From the IMG/VR virus record IMGVR_UViG_3300020179_000166, positions 1 to 25,004 of that record: a stretch of DNA of 25,004 nucleotides; one strand, 5' to 3'. The notes under the pieces are model-generated. The model was not told the DNA's origin. It saw only the letters and a program-made list of their open reading frames with translations, and did not search any database. Within the stretch, counting starts at the first letter, position 1. Every line of letters starts with the position of its first letter. The DNA is from a virus (taxonomy: Duplodnaviria > Caudoviricetes). Shown piece after piece: positions 8,280-15,199 of the stretch. The translations under genes were made by a program, and so were the position numbers.

Positions 8280-9020
8280 ATGACAACCGACAATCCTACA
8301 GGCTACCTCCTCCACACTGGCACCGTTGCCGGCCGCGCTTACGTCGCCATTGCCACGCTCGAAACCAGCAACCGCAAGACGGGCGACATGGTTCAAATAT
8401 GGTTTCTCCTCCGCGACATTCACCCCGTGCAAGCAGTACAAGAAGGAATCGATTTTGAGACCATTTGCCGGGACTGCGTATTTGCCCGCGGCCGCGGTTG
8501 CTACGTTAATATCGGGCAAGCTCCCCTCGCCGTGTGGGAGACGTTTCACCGCGGCCGGTACCCCTTCCTTCCTCCGGCCGACTATGGGCGGGTTTTCTCC
8601 GAGCGGCGCGTCCGCTTCGGTGCCTACGGCAATCCAACGCTGTTGCCTTTGCCGCTTGTCGACAGAATCGCGAGGCTTTCGGACGGATGGACCGGTTATT
8701 TTCACGACTGGCGCACGCATGCGCAAGCGGCCGAGTATGGGCGTTACTTCATGGCCAGCACGGAAACGGCCTCAAGCCTGCGCCAAGCAATCACGGCCGG
8801 GTTTCGCGTCTTTCACGTTTCCCCCGAAAAGCCGGCCGGCTCGATCGAGTGCCTGTCAGATGCCAAGGGGATTACCTGCGCAGAATGCCGCCTATGCAAC
8901 GGGCGGTTTGGCTCGGCTGGCCAAGCATTCCGGCCGATGGCGGAGAGGCAGCGTCCTTCAATATGGATTAACCCTCACGGGTCGCGCAGCGCGACCGCGG
9001 CCGCCGTGGCCATGAGCTGA
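8280..9020 (+). CDS. Cys-rich Gp88/DUF7227-like phage protein (possible Fe-S/radical-SAM-like fold)
   Basis: SNRKTG, ICRDC-x7-CY, VRFGAYGNP, WTGYFHDW, MASTE, and C-x7-CAECRLC...HG motifs. Confidence 0.65.
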   Translation: MTTDNPTGYLLHTGTVAGRAYVAIATLETSNRKTGDMVQIWFLLRDIHPVQAVQEGIDFETICRDCVFARGRGCYVNIGQAPLAVWETFHRGRYPFLPPADYGRVFSERRVRFGAYGNPTLLPLPLVDRIARLSDGWTGYFHDWRTHAQAAEYGRYFMASTETASSLRQAITAGFRVFHVSPEKPAGSIECLSDAKGITCAECRLCNGRFGSAGQAFRPMAERQRPSIWINPHGSRSATAAAVAMS

Positions 9021-9038
9021 TCACGGGCGAGGCAAGGC

Positions 9039-9069
9039 AAGGCGCCGTTCCCCCGGACGGCGCTTTTTT
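9039..9069 (+). terminator. rho-independent terminator
   Basis: aaggcgccgt...acggcgctt stem followed by a T-run, just after the 8280..9020 stop. Confidence 0.8.
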
Positions 9070-9098
9070 CGTGCAAGCTCGCGGCCGGTACCGGCGGC

Positions 9099-9336
9099 CG
9101 GGGGAGCGGGGGAGCGTGCCACGGGCGGCCGGCGGGGGAGCGGGGGAGCGTGCCACGGCCGGCCGGCGGGGGAACGCGGGGGAACGCGGGGGAACGGTGG
9201 CCACGGCCGGGGGAGGGCGGGCGGCCGGCGGCCGGGGGAACGCGGGGAGCCGGCGGGGGAGGCCTTGCCACGGGCGGCCGGGGGAATGGGCCGCAAACGG
9301 GCCGCAGCTGGCCCGCAAACGCTACCGGCGGGGGAG
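9099..9336 (+). repeat. G-rich composite repeat tract
   Basis: 12 copies of CGGGGGA. Includes two near-identical tandem 34-mers (9099-9166), three CGGGGGAACG 10-mers and four GCCACGG. Confidence 0.9.
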
Positions 9337-9370
9337 GCCTGGCCGGACCCCGGCCGGATTCGCCGCCCTC

Positions 9371-9485
9371 GATTTGACCCGCCTGGATTTGATCCTGGGT
9401 GATTTGACCCTGGGCGATTTGATCCTGGGCAATTTGATCCGATTTGATCCGGCCTGATTTGATCTGATTTTTTCCAATTTAATCT
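9371..9485 (+). repeat. pentamer-register array 1 (GATTT-GAYCC iteron-like)
   Basis: gattt gaccc gcctg gattt gatcc tgggt gattt gaccc tgggc gattt gatcc tgggc aattt gatcc gattt gatcc ggcct gattt gatct gattt tttcc aattt aatct. Confidence 0.9.
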
Positions 9486-9491
9486 TGACCC

Positions 9492-9508
9492 GGCGCAATC
9501 ATTGCGCC
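9492..9508. promoter_or_regulatory. operator-like palindrome copy 2 (GGCGCAATCATTGCGCC)
   Basis: Perfect 8-1-8 inverted repeat directly after TTGACC (9485-9490), upstream of the 9556 operon. Confidence 0.75.
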
Positions 9509-9555
9509 TCACTCTGTTTCACCGGGGCAATTCCGCTCCGGGATAACCCGATACC

Positions 9556-9753
9556 ATGACATCCGCAGAACTGAAATCCGCAGTCAATACGTTGAACGAA
9601 TTCCGCGACCTGTGCGGAACCTACGGCGCCGCGCTCGTTGCCTGGCAGGACGACAACCGCACCTTGACGCCTTGGGAGCGTTTCGAGGTGATCGTCGCCG
9701 CCCAGGAGCAATGGGCAGGCTGGATGAAGGAAGCGAAGGAGGCCGCCCGATGA
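9556..9753 (+). CDS. hypothetical early protein
   Basis: 65 aa. GGAGG and an ATGA overlap couple it to the next gene. Confidence 0.7.
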   Translation: MTSAELKSAVNTLNEFRDLCGTYGAALVAWQDDNRTLTPWERFEVIVAAQEQWAGWMKEAKEAAR

Positions 9754-9929
9754 GCGCCGCACGTCTCACCTATCGCGTCGAACCCGCCGAGGAACCCGGC
9801 GAGTATGTTGCCCGGTACACGCTTACGAATCGCGTCGGCCGCGTCATTCTGGTCACATTTGACCGGGAGGAGGCCTGGGCCGAGGCCTCCGATTTCCCCG
9901 AGATCTGGCAGGAGGAGGACGAATCATGA
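9750..9929 (+). CDS. hypothetical early protein (59 aa)
   Basis: MSAARLTYRVEP..., with ATGA overlaps at both ends. Confidence 0.7.
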   Translation: MSAARLTYRVEPAEEPGEYVARYTLTNRVGRVILVTFDREEAWAEASDFPEIWQEEDES

Positions 9930-10276
9930 GCCCCGCCGATTTCCTTCCCATGGCGCAACGCTGGCAAGCTGATGGCCTGGCCGTTTATACGGCACCATAT
10001 TGGCGCGACGGCCGGCAGATTGGCGACCGGCTGGTGTGCCAGGTCGCGTGCGAGTCCGCGCTTGACACGCCGGAACCCCAGCGGCCGGCGACGCGGACCT
10101 GGGCGCAGGAGGCCCAGGCGGCCGCCATGATCGCGGCGGCACCAGAGATGTTCCGCATCTTGCAGCAGCTCGGGGCGGCGGCGGACTTGGGCGAGGTCGA
10201 TCTTGACCCGGAGGATGCCGCACTCCTGGAGGCAGCCCGCGCCATCTGCCGGCGGATCGAGGAGGCCAGCCGATGA
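9926..10276 (+). CDS. hypothetical phage protein with IAAAPE motif
   Basis: AAMIAAAPEMFRIL resembles the widespread phage ARLIAAAPELL motif. Coupled overlaps. Confidence 0.75.
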   Translation: MSPADFLPMAQRWQADGLAVYTAPYWRDGRQIGDRLVCQVACESALDTPEPQRPATRTWAQEAQAAAMIAAAPEMFRILQQLGAAADLGEVDLDPEDAALLEAARAICRRIEEASR

Positions 10277-10527
10277 GCCTCACCACCCGCAACCTATCGG
10301 CCGCCATTGCCGGCGCCCGCGGCCGGCTGCTCGCCTCGGGTCGCGAAGGCCTCTGGGCCTACGTCGTGGAGGAAAACGACGAGTGGAGTGACGGCGGCTT
10401 TGAAATTCTGGGCGAAGCCGGCTATCAGGAATCCGGCCGGGAGGATAGGTGCCAAGCGGTCCTTTGGACGTACCGCGATCCTGCCGGCGTGCTCAGGGTC
10501 GCTGAGGAAGCGCAGGCGGACTGGTAA
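10273..10527 (+). CDS. hypothetical early protein
   Basis: 84 aa, GGAGG plus ATGA overlap. Confidence 0.65.
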   Translation: MSLTTRNLSAAIAGARGRLLASGREGLWAYVVEENDEWSDGGFEILGEAGYQESGREDRCQAVLWTYRDPAGVLRVAEEAQADW

Positions 10528-10542
10528 CCCCCGTAAACCTTG

Positions 10543-10571
10543 GCCCCGGTTCACCGCCGAGGCCTTTTCTT
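10543..10571 (+). terminator. probable rho-independent terminator
   Basis: ggccccgg-ttcaccg-ccgaggcc stem with one mismatch, followed by ttttctt. Confidence 0.55.
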
Positions 10572-10677
10572 GCCCATTTGCGGCCCTTTCCGGCCCCCGG
10601 GGCGGTCCTGACCCAAACCGGGCGGGATCGCCTGTTTAAACGCATTTGACCGGCCTGCCAATAGTTGGGCTTATACC

Positions 10678-10694
10678 GGCGCATTTCGTGCGCT
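10678..10694. promoter_or_regulatory. operator-like palindrome copy 3 (GGCGCATTTCGTGCGCT)
   Basis: Matches GGCGCA-N5-TGCGCY, about 60 bp upstream of the XRE gene. Confidence 0.7.
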
Positions 10695-10696
10695 TA

Positions 10697-10751
10697 GGTT
10701 TGACCCAACTTGATTTGATCTGACCCAATTTGATCTGACCCAATTTGACCC
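10697..10751 (+). repeat. pentamer-register array 2
   Basis: ggttt gaccc aactt gattt gatct gaccc aattt gatct gaccc aattt gaccc (11 RRYYY units). Confidence 0.9.
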
Positions 10752-10753
10752 AA

Positions 10754-10996
10754 ATGAATTCGACTGACCAAGAAATCACTTTCGCGGAGACGCTCCGCTG
10801 CGCCCGCCGGACCCTGGATTTGACCCAGACCGGGGCCGCCAAACTCCTGTCCGTCAGCCGGCGGACCATCCAGCATTGGGAGGATTCCCGGCGGCCGGCG
10901 CCGCACATTCTGGCTCAGGAGGGGGCTTTGGCCAGGCTTGACGCGGACTCTAAGCAGCGCAATGGTGACGCCGCCGCACCTGCGAGCACCAAGTAA
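10754..10996 (+). CDS. XRE-family helix-turn-helix regulator
   Basis: FAETLRCARRTLDLTQTGAAKLLSVSRRTIQHWEDSRRP is a canonical HTH_3 pattern. Confidence 0.9.
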   Translation: MNSTDQEITFAETLRCARRTLDLTQTGAAKLLSVSRRTIQHWEDSRRPAPHILAQEGALARLDADSKQRNGDAAAPASTK

Positions 10997-10999
10997 AGC

Positions 11000-11044
11000 A
11001 ACCCGCCGGCCCTAGGGGCGAACCAACCGAAGCCGGCGGGTTTC
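11000..11044. terminator. probable bidirectional terminator between convergent genes
   Basis: aacccgccggc / gccggcgggtt 11-bp stem. Confidence 0.65.
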
Positions 11045-11048
11045 TGGT

Positions 11049-11597
11049 CTATTCGCAGGAATAAATGTCGGTTTGGCGGCACAACCCCTGGGGCCACGAC
11101 CAGTCGTGCCGGGTGAAGCTGCGATCCTCGAAGAGTATTTTGTCTGTCGGCTGCACGGTGAAACGTCCGTTCTCCAACTGGGCGAACGTGAATTCCTTGG
11201 ACTGATCTGGCGCGGCGGAAAAGGCGTCGTTTGTCGGGGCTGCGGTGAAAAGATATTCGCCGCGCATGGGGGTGCCGGCGCAATTGGCCTGAAGGCGCAA
11301 ACTGCGGAGAAACGTGTACTCAGTCGCCGTCCAATCCGAGCCGTAGCAGTCCCACCGTTGCGCCTGCGCCTCGACCCATTCCGCAGCGGGATCGTCCCCG
11401 TGGGCGAGCGCGTGGAGGGGCAGGCTGCGGTAAATCGCTCCGCACTCCAGCATCACGTTGCAGCCCCACATCCTGCCGGGAATCGAGACGAGGCCAAACC
11501 AGACAGCCGGCGCGAACCCCACCGGCTCACGATGCGTGAAGGCGGTGTCCACCAGGACATACTGATGCTTCGGCAGGGAGCCGATGACGCTATTCAC
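11049..11597 (-). CDS. conserved phage protein of unknown function
   Basis: 182 aa, globular. GAIYRSLPLHAL, QRWDC, GEYLFT and LENGRFTVQP motifs. GTGA-coupled. Confidence 0.8.
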   Translation of the reverse strand: MNSVIGSLPKHQYVLVDTAFTHREPVGFAPAVWFGLVSIPGRMWGCNVMLECGAIYRSLPLHALAHGDDPAAEWVEAQAQRWDCYGSDWTATEYTFLRSLRLQANCAGTPMRGEYLFTAAPTNDAFSAAPDQSKEFTFAQLENGRFTVQPTDKILFEDRSFTRHDWSWPQGLCRQTDIYSCE

Positions 11598-11827
11598 CGA
11601 TACCGTGCGGTCTTCTCGGCCAATCTCTTCGGCTGCCTAGAAAACTGCTTGCCGGCGCGAGTGGCCTTCCGCTTCGCGGCATTAGTCGCGGCCTTCTCGG
11701 CCGGACTCAGGCTCTTCCAAGCGGCATCCGGCAGGTAGCGTCCGCCACCTTTCAAAGAGGGCTTGCCCGTGTTAGTGCGCCACTGCTGATCAGTCCACTC
11801 TCGGAGGCTCCGCTGGGTCGCTTTCAC
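11594..11827 (-). CDS. small basic protein, DUF5872-like C-terminal half
   Basis: QRSLREWTDQQWRT...RYLPDAAWKSLSPAEKAATNAAKRKA...GKQF. Confidence 0.75.
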   Translation of the reverse strand: MKATQRSLREWTDQQWRTNTGKPSLKGGGRYLPDAAWKSLSPAEKAATNAAKRKATRAGKQFSRQPKRLAEKTARYR

Positions 11828-12003
11828 GATTTGTAACCCCCGCCCTGGCGCTTGTACTCAGCAGCGAGGAATTGTGCCTTGCGGGCGCTCCATTGGCCGG
11901 GGCGCCCACCCTTCCCGCCGGCCTTGATCCGGTTGAACAGTTCCTTGCGGAGGCTGGGCTTGGTGTACACGCCCGCCTCGTTGACTCGGGATTTGGATTT
12001 CAT
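11824..12003 (-). CDS. small basic protein, DUF5872-like N-terminal half
   Basis: YTKPSLRKELFNRIKAGGKGGRPGQWSARKAQFLAAEYKRQGGGY. ATG 12003 overlaps the upstream stop. Confidence 0.8.
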   Translation of the reverse strand: MKSKSRVNEAGVYTKPSLRKELFNRIKAGGKGGRPGQWSARKAQFLAAEYKRQGGGYKS

Positions 12004-12257
12004 CAGCAACTCCAGGCTTTGCGCGACCAATAATTGGGGGAAAAGATGTTGCTGGTGTTGCCCTGGCCGGCTGACCGGGCGCAGTAGTTCCGTTTGCGAC
12101 CCGGCTGATCCTTCTTGATCGTCATCGTCGGATCGCCAAAGCGCACCAGCTTCACCTTGCTGCCCTTCTTGGCGAGGACAGCAGACTTCTTCCTGCCGCC
12201 GGGGGTGCGCTTGGGCTTATTGTAGCCGGAGAATCTCTCGCCGCGGTAGGTGACCAT
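12003..12257 (-). CDS. small basic phage protein (DUF6321/DUF5754-like)
   Basis: GYNKPKRTP, KLVRFGDP, RKRNYCAR and PNYWSRKAW motifs. Confidence 0.75.
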   Translation of the reverse strand: MVTYRGERFSGYNKPKRTPGGRKKSAVLAKKGSKVKLVRFGDPTMTIKKDQPGRKRNYCARSAGQGNTSNIFSPNYWSRKAWSC

Positions 12258-12261
12258 AAAT

Positions 12262-12447
12262 TCAAGGAGTGGCTGACAGGGTCCAGGTCGTCACGCCGAA
12301 TTGATCAGTGGACTGGGTGAGTTGCAGACCTTCCCCAATGACGAGGTTCAGCACCGCGCCCACCTCCGCCTGCTCCCCATCCACCTGCACCTTGACCGGG
12401 GCGGCGGCGGGCAGACGGAGGAACTGGAGGGTGCGCTCAAAGGCCAT
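12262..12447 (-). CDS. hypothetical beta-rich protein (61 aa)
   Basis: First gene behind a TTGACA promoter, ending 4 nt before the next ATG. Confidence 0.6.
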   Translation of the reverse strand: MAFERTLQFLRLPAAAPVKVQVDGEQAEVGAVLNLVIGEGLQLTQSTDQFGVTTWTLSATP

Positions 12448-12453
12448 TGCTCT

Positions 12454-12482
12454 TCGCTACTTGGGGTATTGGATCTTGTCAA
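12454..12482 (-). promoter_or_regulatory. putative promoter, leaderless start
   Basis: TTGACA-17 bp-TAGCGA, then 6 nt to ATG 12447. Confidence 0.55.
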
Positions 12483-12860
12483 TCCTAAGGGGAAAACCGC
12501 GTTTTGGCTCGGGTAACGGTGCGAAGACAGCTCACCCCTCACAGGGGGGCAAGCTGTCTGTCAGGGGCGATACGCGCCTTGGACGGGGTGTCGCTTCGAC
12601 TGGTGGGGCCGCTCGGAGGTGCCTCATGCACACGGCTGATCCACCGGCTCACTAGGTTTTACACCTTCACTCTTACGCCAGCGGGTGATGATTCTGGCTG
12701 CCGATGATGGTGGCAGGACTCCCGGTTAGGGTGGTCGCTCACCGATCTCTTAGGACTTCGGGAAGAGAAAAGCCCGAGAGCGTGGTAAGAGGCACGTCTC
12801 GGGCTTTTCAGCTAACTGAAAGTCTTCACCGCGCTGCTCTTACCCAGCGAACGCGAGCAG
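12483..12860 (-). ncRNA. candidate structured RNA / antisense-attenuator element
   Basis: No credible ORF. Nested long-range stems, several hairpins, and complementary loops GGTAAGAG/CTCTTACC. Strand inferred from G-U pairs in the 12526-12558 hairpin. Confidence 0.55.
12767..12809. terminator. strong terminator-like hairpin within the structured block
   Basis: gaaaagcccgaga-g-cgtg / cacg-tctcgggcttttc, with T-runs on both strands. Confidence 0.75.
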
Positions 12861-12920
12861 GGGATCACCGGAGGCTGGAGGGGGCAAGAAAATTCGTTTT
12901 AGGAAAAAATCACTTTGTGC

Positions 12921-12949
12921 TTGTCAAGCCCGGAAGCACCTCTCAGGGT
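12921..12949 (+). promoter_or_regulatory. putative promoter of the middle operon (leaderless-type)
   Basis: TTGTCA-17 bp-CAGGGT, then 8 nt to ATG 12958. A-rich upstream. The -35 lies in the palindrome GCTTG-T-CAAGC, which reads TTGACA on the minus strand. Confidence 0.55.
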
Positions 12950-12957
12950 CAGCCCGT

Positions 12958-13137
12958 ATGCACGACGACCCAATCCACCATGCCGCGCTCCGGTACGCCG
13001 AGGCGCTTCAGCACCACGCCGAGTGTATCGAGCGCACCATCGCCGCCCTTGACCGGGCCATCCATCAGGAGATCGCGGAGACCGAGCGCCAGGCCGGCCG
13101 CTACCGGATCAGCAACACCAATGACCGGGAGGATTGA
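12958..13137 (+). CDS. hypothetical protein (59 aa; not in track)
   Basis: MHDDPIHHAALRYAEALQHHAECIERTIAALDRAIHQEIAETERQAGRYRISNTNDRED. GGAGG precedes the next gene. Confidence 0.6.
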   Translation: MHDDPIHHAALRYAEALQHHAECIERTIAALDRAIHQEIAETERQAGRYRISNTNDRED

Positions 13138-13140
13138 CCG

Positions 13141-13419
13141 ATGACCTCCATTTACGACCAGACCACTTATGTCATGTTGCCGCGTATCCAAGCTGCTCGC
13201 ACGCTCAAGCGCGAAATCCGCAACGCCCACTTCTGCTCTTGGTCCCTCGGCAAGGCGCACGCCTTCCAGATTGTGGCCGACCATCACCGCCGCAGCGGCC
13301 AGACGCAGGAGTGCGCGTTCTGGCGCAGCTTGATGCGGCGGGCCGCGCAGGACGCCGTGATCGAGGCCAAGTACAACCTGGGCCTCATCAAGTACACTTA
13401 CGAGGGAGGGGCGCGATGA
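13141..13419 (+). CDS. hypothetical protein
   Basis: 92 aa, SD-like GGAGG, ATGA overlap with the exonuclease gene. Confidence 0.7.
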   Translation: MTSIYDQTTYVMLPRIQAARTLKREIRNAHFCSWSLGKAHAFQIVADHHRRSGQTQECAFWRSLMRRAAQDAVIEAKYNLGLIKYTYEGGAR

Positions 13420-14180
13420 AAACCTCCCACTGGTACAACACCCAGGGCGAAGCCGTCTTTGAAGTCCCGCGTGCCTCTGGCGGCGGGATGCGGCCGACGA
13501 CCATCGCAGACGCCCGGAAGCTGGGACTGCTGCCCTCTGTCACGACCATCTTGGGCTGCATCGACAAGCCGCAACTGGTGAGTTGGAAGGTTGCCCAAGC
13601 CATCCAAGCCTGCTACGACAACCGCCCGACCGGCACGCTGGAGGAATACATCAAGGCGATGGAGGCCAAGAGCGAGGAGCAGGTGACCGATGCGGCCGAT
13701 CTCGGCTCGGCCATCCACGCCGCGCTGGAGGCTGCCTTTGCCGGCGAGACCTACGACGCCGCGCTGGCCCCCTATGTCCTGCCCACGCTGGCTAAGGTCA
13801 GCCAGGCCGGGATCAAGCTCGTCCAGCACGAACTGCGGCTGGTCAATCCGCAGTACGGGTACGCGGGTACGACGGATGCCGTGATGGTGGATTCGGCGGG
13901 CCGGCAGGGGATCTTGGACTTCAAGAGCCGCAAGACCAAGCCCGGCCAGAAATGCACGCCGTGGGAGACGGAGCCGATGCAGATCGCGGCTTATGCTATC
14001 GCGCAGTTCAGCTCGCTCGATGGCATCGTCGGCAGCAACGTTTACATCAGCACGACTGAGGTCGGGCGGGTGGAAATCGTGACCTACACCAGCGATCAAC
14101 TCAGAGAGGCCTGGGCTGCCTTCCTCGGCGCCACCAAGCTCTGGTCGTACTTGAAAAACTACAAGCCCGGCACCCAATGA
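13416..14180 (+). CDS. PD-(D/E)xK family exonuclease
   Basis: LPSVTTILG, GSAIH, E...YAGTTD, ILDFKS and QIAAY motifs. The true start is ATG 13416. Confidence 0.88.
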   Translation: MKTSHWYNTQGEAVFEVPRASGGGMRPTTIADARKLGLLPSVTTILGCIDKPQLVSWKVAQAIQACYDNRPTGTLEEYIKAMEAKSEEQVTDAADLGSAIHAALEAAFAGETYDAALAPYVLPTLAKVSQAGIKLVQHELRLVNPQYGYAGTTDAVMVDSAGRQGILDFKSRKTKPGQKCTPWETEPMQIAAYAIAQFSSLDGIVGSNVYISTTEVGRVEIVTYTSDQLREAWAAFLGATKLWSYLKNYKPGTQ

Positions 14181-14416
14181 CGGAGGCAGTCATCACGATG
14201 AGCATCGCCTTCGAAGTCCAGACGCGGGTCGGGGGCAAGATGCGTCAGCCAATCGCAGTCTCCTTCCGCGTCGTCCGCCAACCGTCCTACCCGTCCGGGC
14301 CGCCGGAACTCGCCTGCCTGCAGGCTGAGATCAGCAGCATCCTGATCGATGGCGTGGACATCATCGCCTCCCGCGTCGCCGGCGAATGGGCGGAAGAAGC
14401 CCTGGCCGGTGACTAG
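14177..14416 (+). CDS. hypothetical protein
   Basis: 79 aa, ATGA overlap. Confidence 0.65.
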   Translation: MTEAVITMSIAFEVQTRVGGKMRQPIAVSFRVVRQPSYPSGPPELACLQAEISSILIDGVDIIASRVAGEWAEEALAGD

Positions 14417-14492
14417 CCGGCCAGGGTGAACACGACGACCGAGAGAATTTCTGCCCGTGCGGGTAGTAAGTAAACCATAAAAGCATAAAAAA

Positions 14493-15149
14493 ATGAGCAT
14501 CATCCTAACCGCCGGTTCGTCCGGCCCCAAAAGCGATCCGGTTCCGGCCGGCACCCATAGCGCCGTCTGCTACGGCATCGTTGACCTCGGCACCCAGGAG
14601 TCCGAGCAGTACGGACCCAAGCATAAGCTCATTATCCTCTGGGAGATCGCGGACGAGCGCATCGAGATCAAGGGTCAGAGCCTGCCCCGTGGGATCAGCA
14701 AGCGGTACACCGCGTCGCTCAACGAGAAGGCTACGCTCCGGAAGGATCTGGAGTCCTGGCGCGGGCGACAGTTCACGGCGGCTGAGTTGGCCGGCTGGGA
14801 CATCGCCGGAATCCTCGGCAAGAGTTGCCTGCTCAATGTCATCCACCAGGAGACGCCCCGCGGCAGGTTCGCGGGCATCGCCGGGGTGATGCCGCTGCCC
14901 AAGGGGATGCCGCCCAAGCAGCCGGAGAACCCGGTCACGCACTTCTCGATCCGGGACGCGGTGGAGATCGCCAAGGCGACCGGGCAGCGCGACGTGCAGT
15001 GGCCCGGAAACCTGCCCCAGTGGCTCCTGGACGTGTGCAGCAAGTCGCAGGAGTACCAGGCCTTGGTGATGGGCAAGGCCCCCGCCAAAAACGATCCGGT
15101 GGCGCCCCTGCCCCCTTTGGAGGGAGTCGGGGAGGACGTGCCGTTCTGA
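14493..15149 (+). CDS. phage single-stranded DNA-binding protein (OB fold)
   Basis: PAGTHSAVCYGIVDLGTQ, SLNEKATLRKDLESWRG, LGKSCLLNVIH, and acidic C-terminal EDVPF. A-rich leader. Confidence 0.75.
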   Translation: MSIILTAGSSGPKSDPVPAGTHSAVCYGIVDLGTQESEQYGPKHKLIILWEIADERIEIKGQSLPRGISKRYTASLNEKATLRKDLESWRGRQFTAAELAGWDIAGILGKSCLLNVIHQETPRGRFAGIAGVMPLPKGMPPKQPENPVTHFSIRDAVEIAKATGQRDVQWPGNLPQWLLDVCSKSQEYQALVMGKAPAKNDPVAPLPPLEGVGEDVPF

Positions 15150-15155
15150 CAACCC

Positions 15156-15190
15156 GCCGGCCGCTCGCCCCCACCGGGCGGGCGGCTGGC
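15156..15190 (+). other. 15-bp GC hairpin after the SSB gene (no U tail)
   Basis: gccggccgctcgccc / gggcgggcggctggc with G-U pairs. Confidence 0.55.
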
Positions 15191-15199
15191 CCAACCACC

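Noticed and set aside
9099-9485. CRISPR or TIGR-type guide array
   Set aside because: No constant repeat with unique spacers, and no Cas or Nop-domain gene nearby.
8968-9512. Several Pro/Arg/Gly-rich ORFs over the repeat tracts
   Set aside because: They are translations of low-complexity repeats in multiple frames, starting right at a terminator.
12483-12860. tRNA, tmRNA or retron msr-msd
   Set aside because: No cloverleaf or T-loop, no tag reading frame, and no reverse transcriptase in the window.
12504-13144. Track ORFs 12504..12707 and 12704..13144
   Set aside because: Non-protein-like composition. They cross a strong hairpin and a promoter, and 12958..13137 fits better.
13134-13415. 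N-terminal extension of the exonuclease ORF
   Set aside because: Overlaps 13141..13419. ATG 13416 has an SD and an ATGA coupling.
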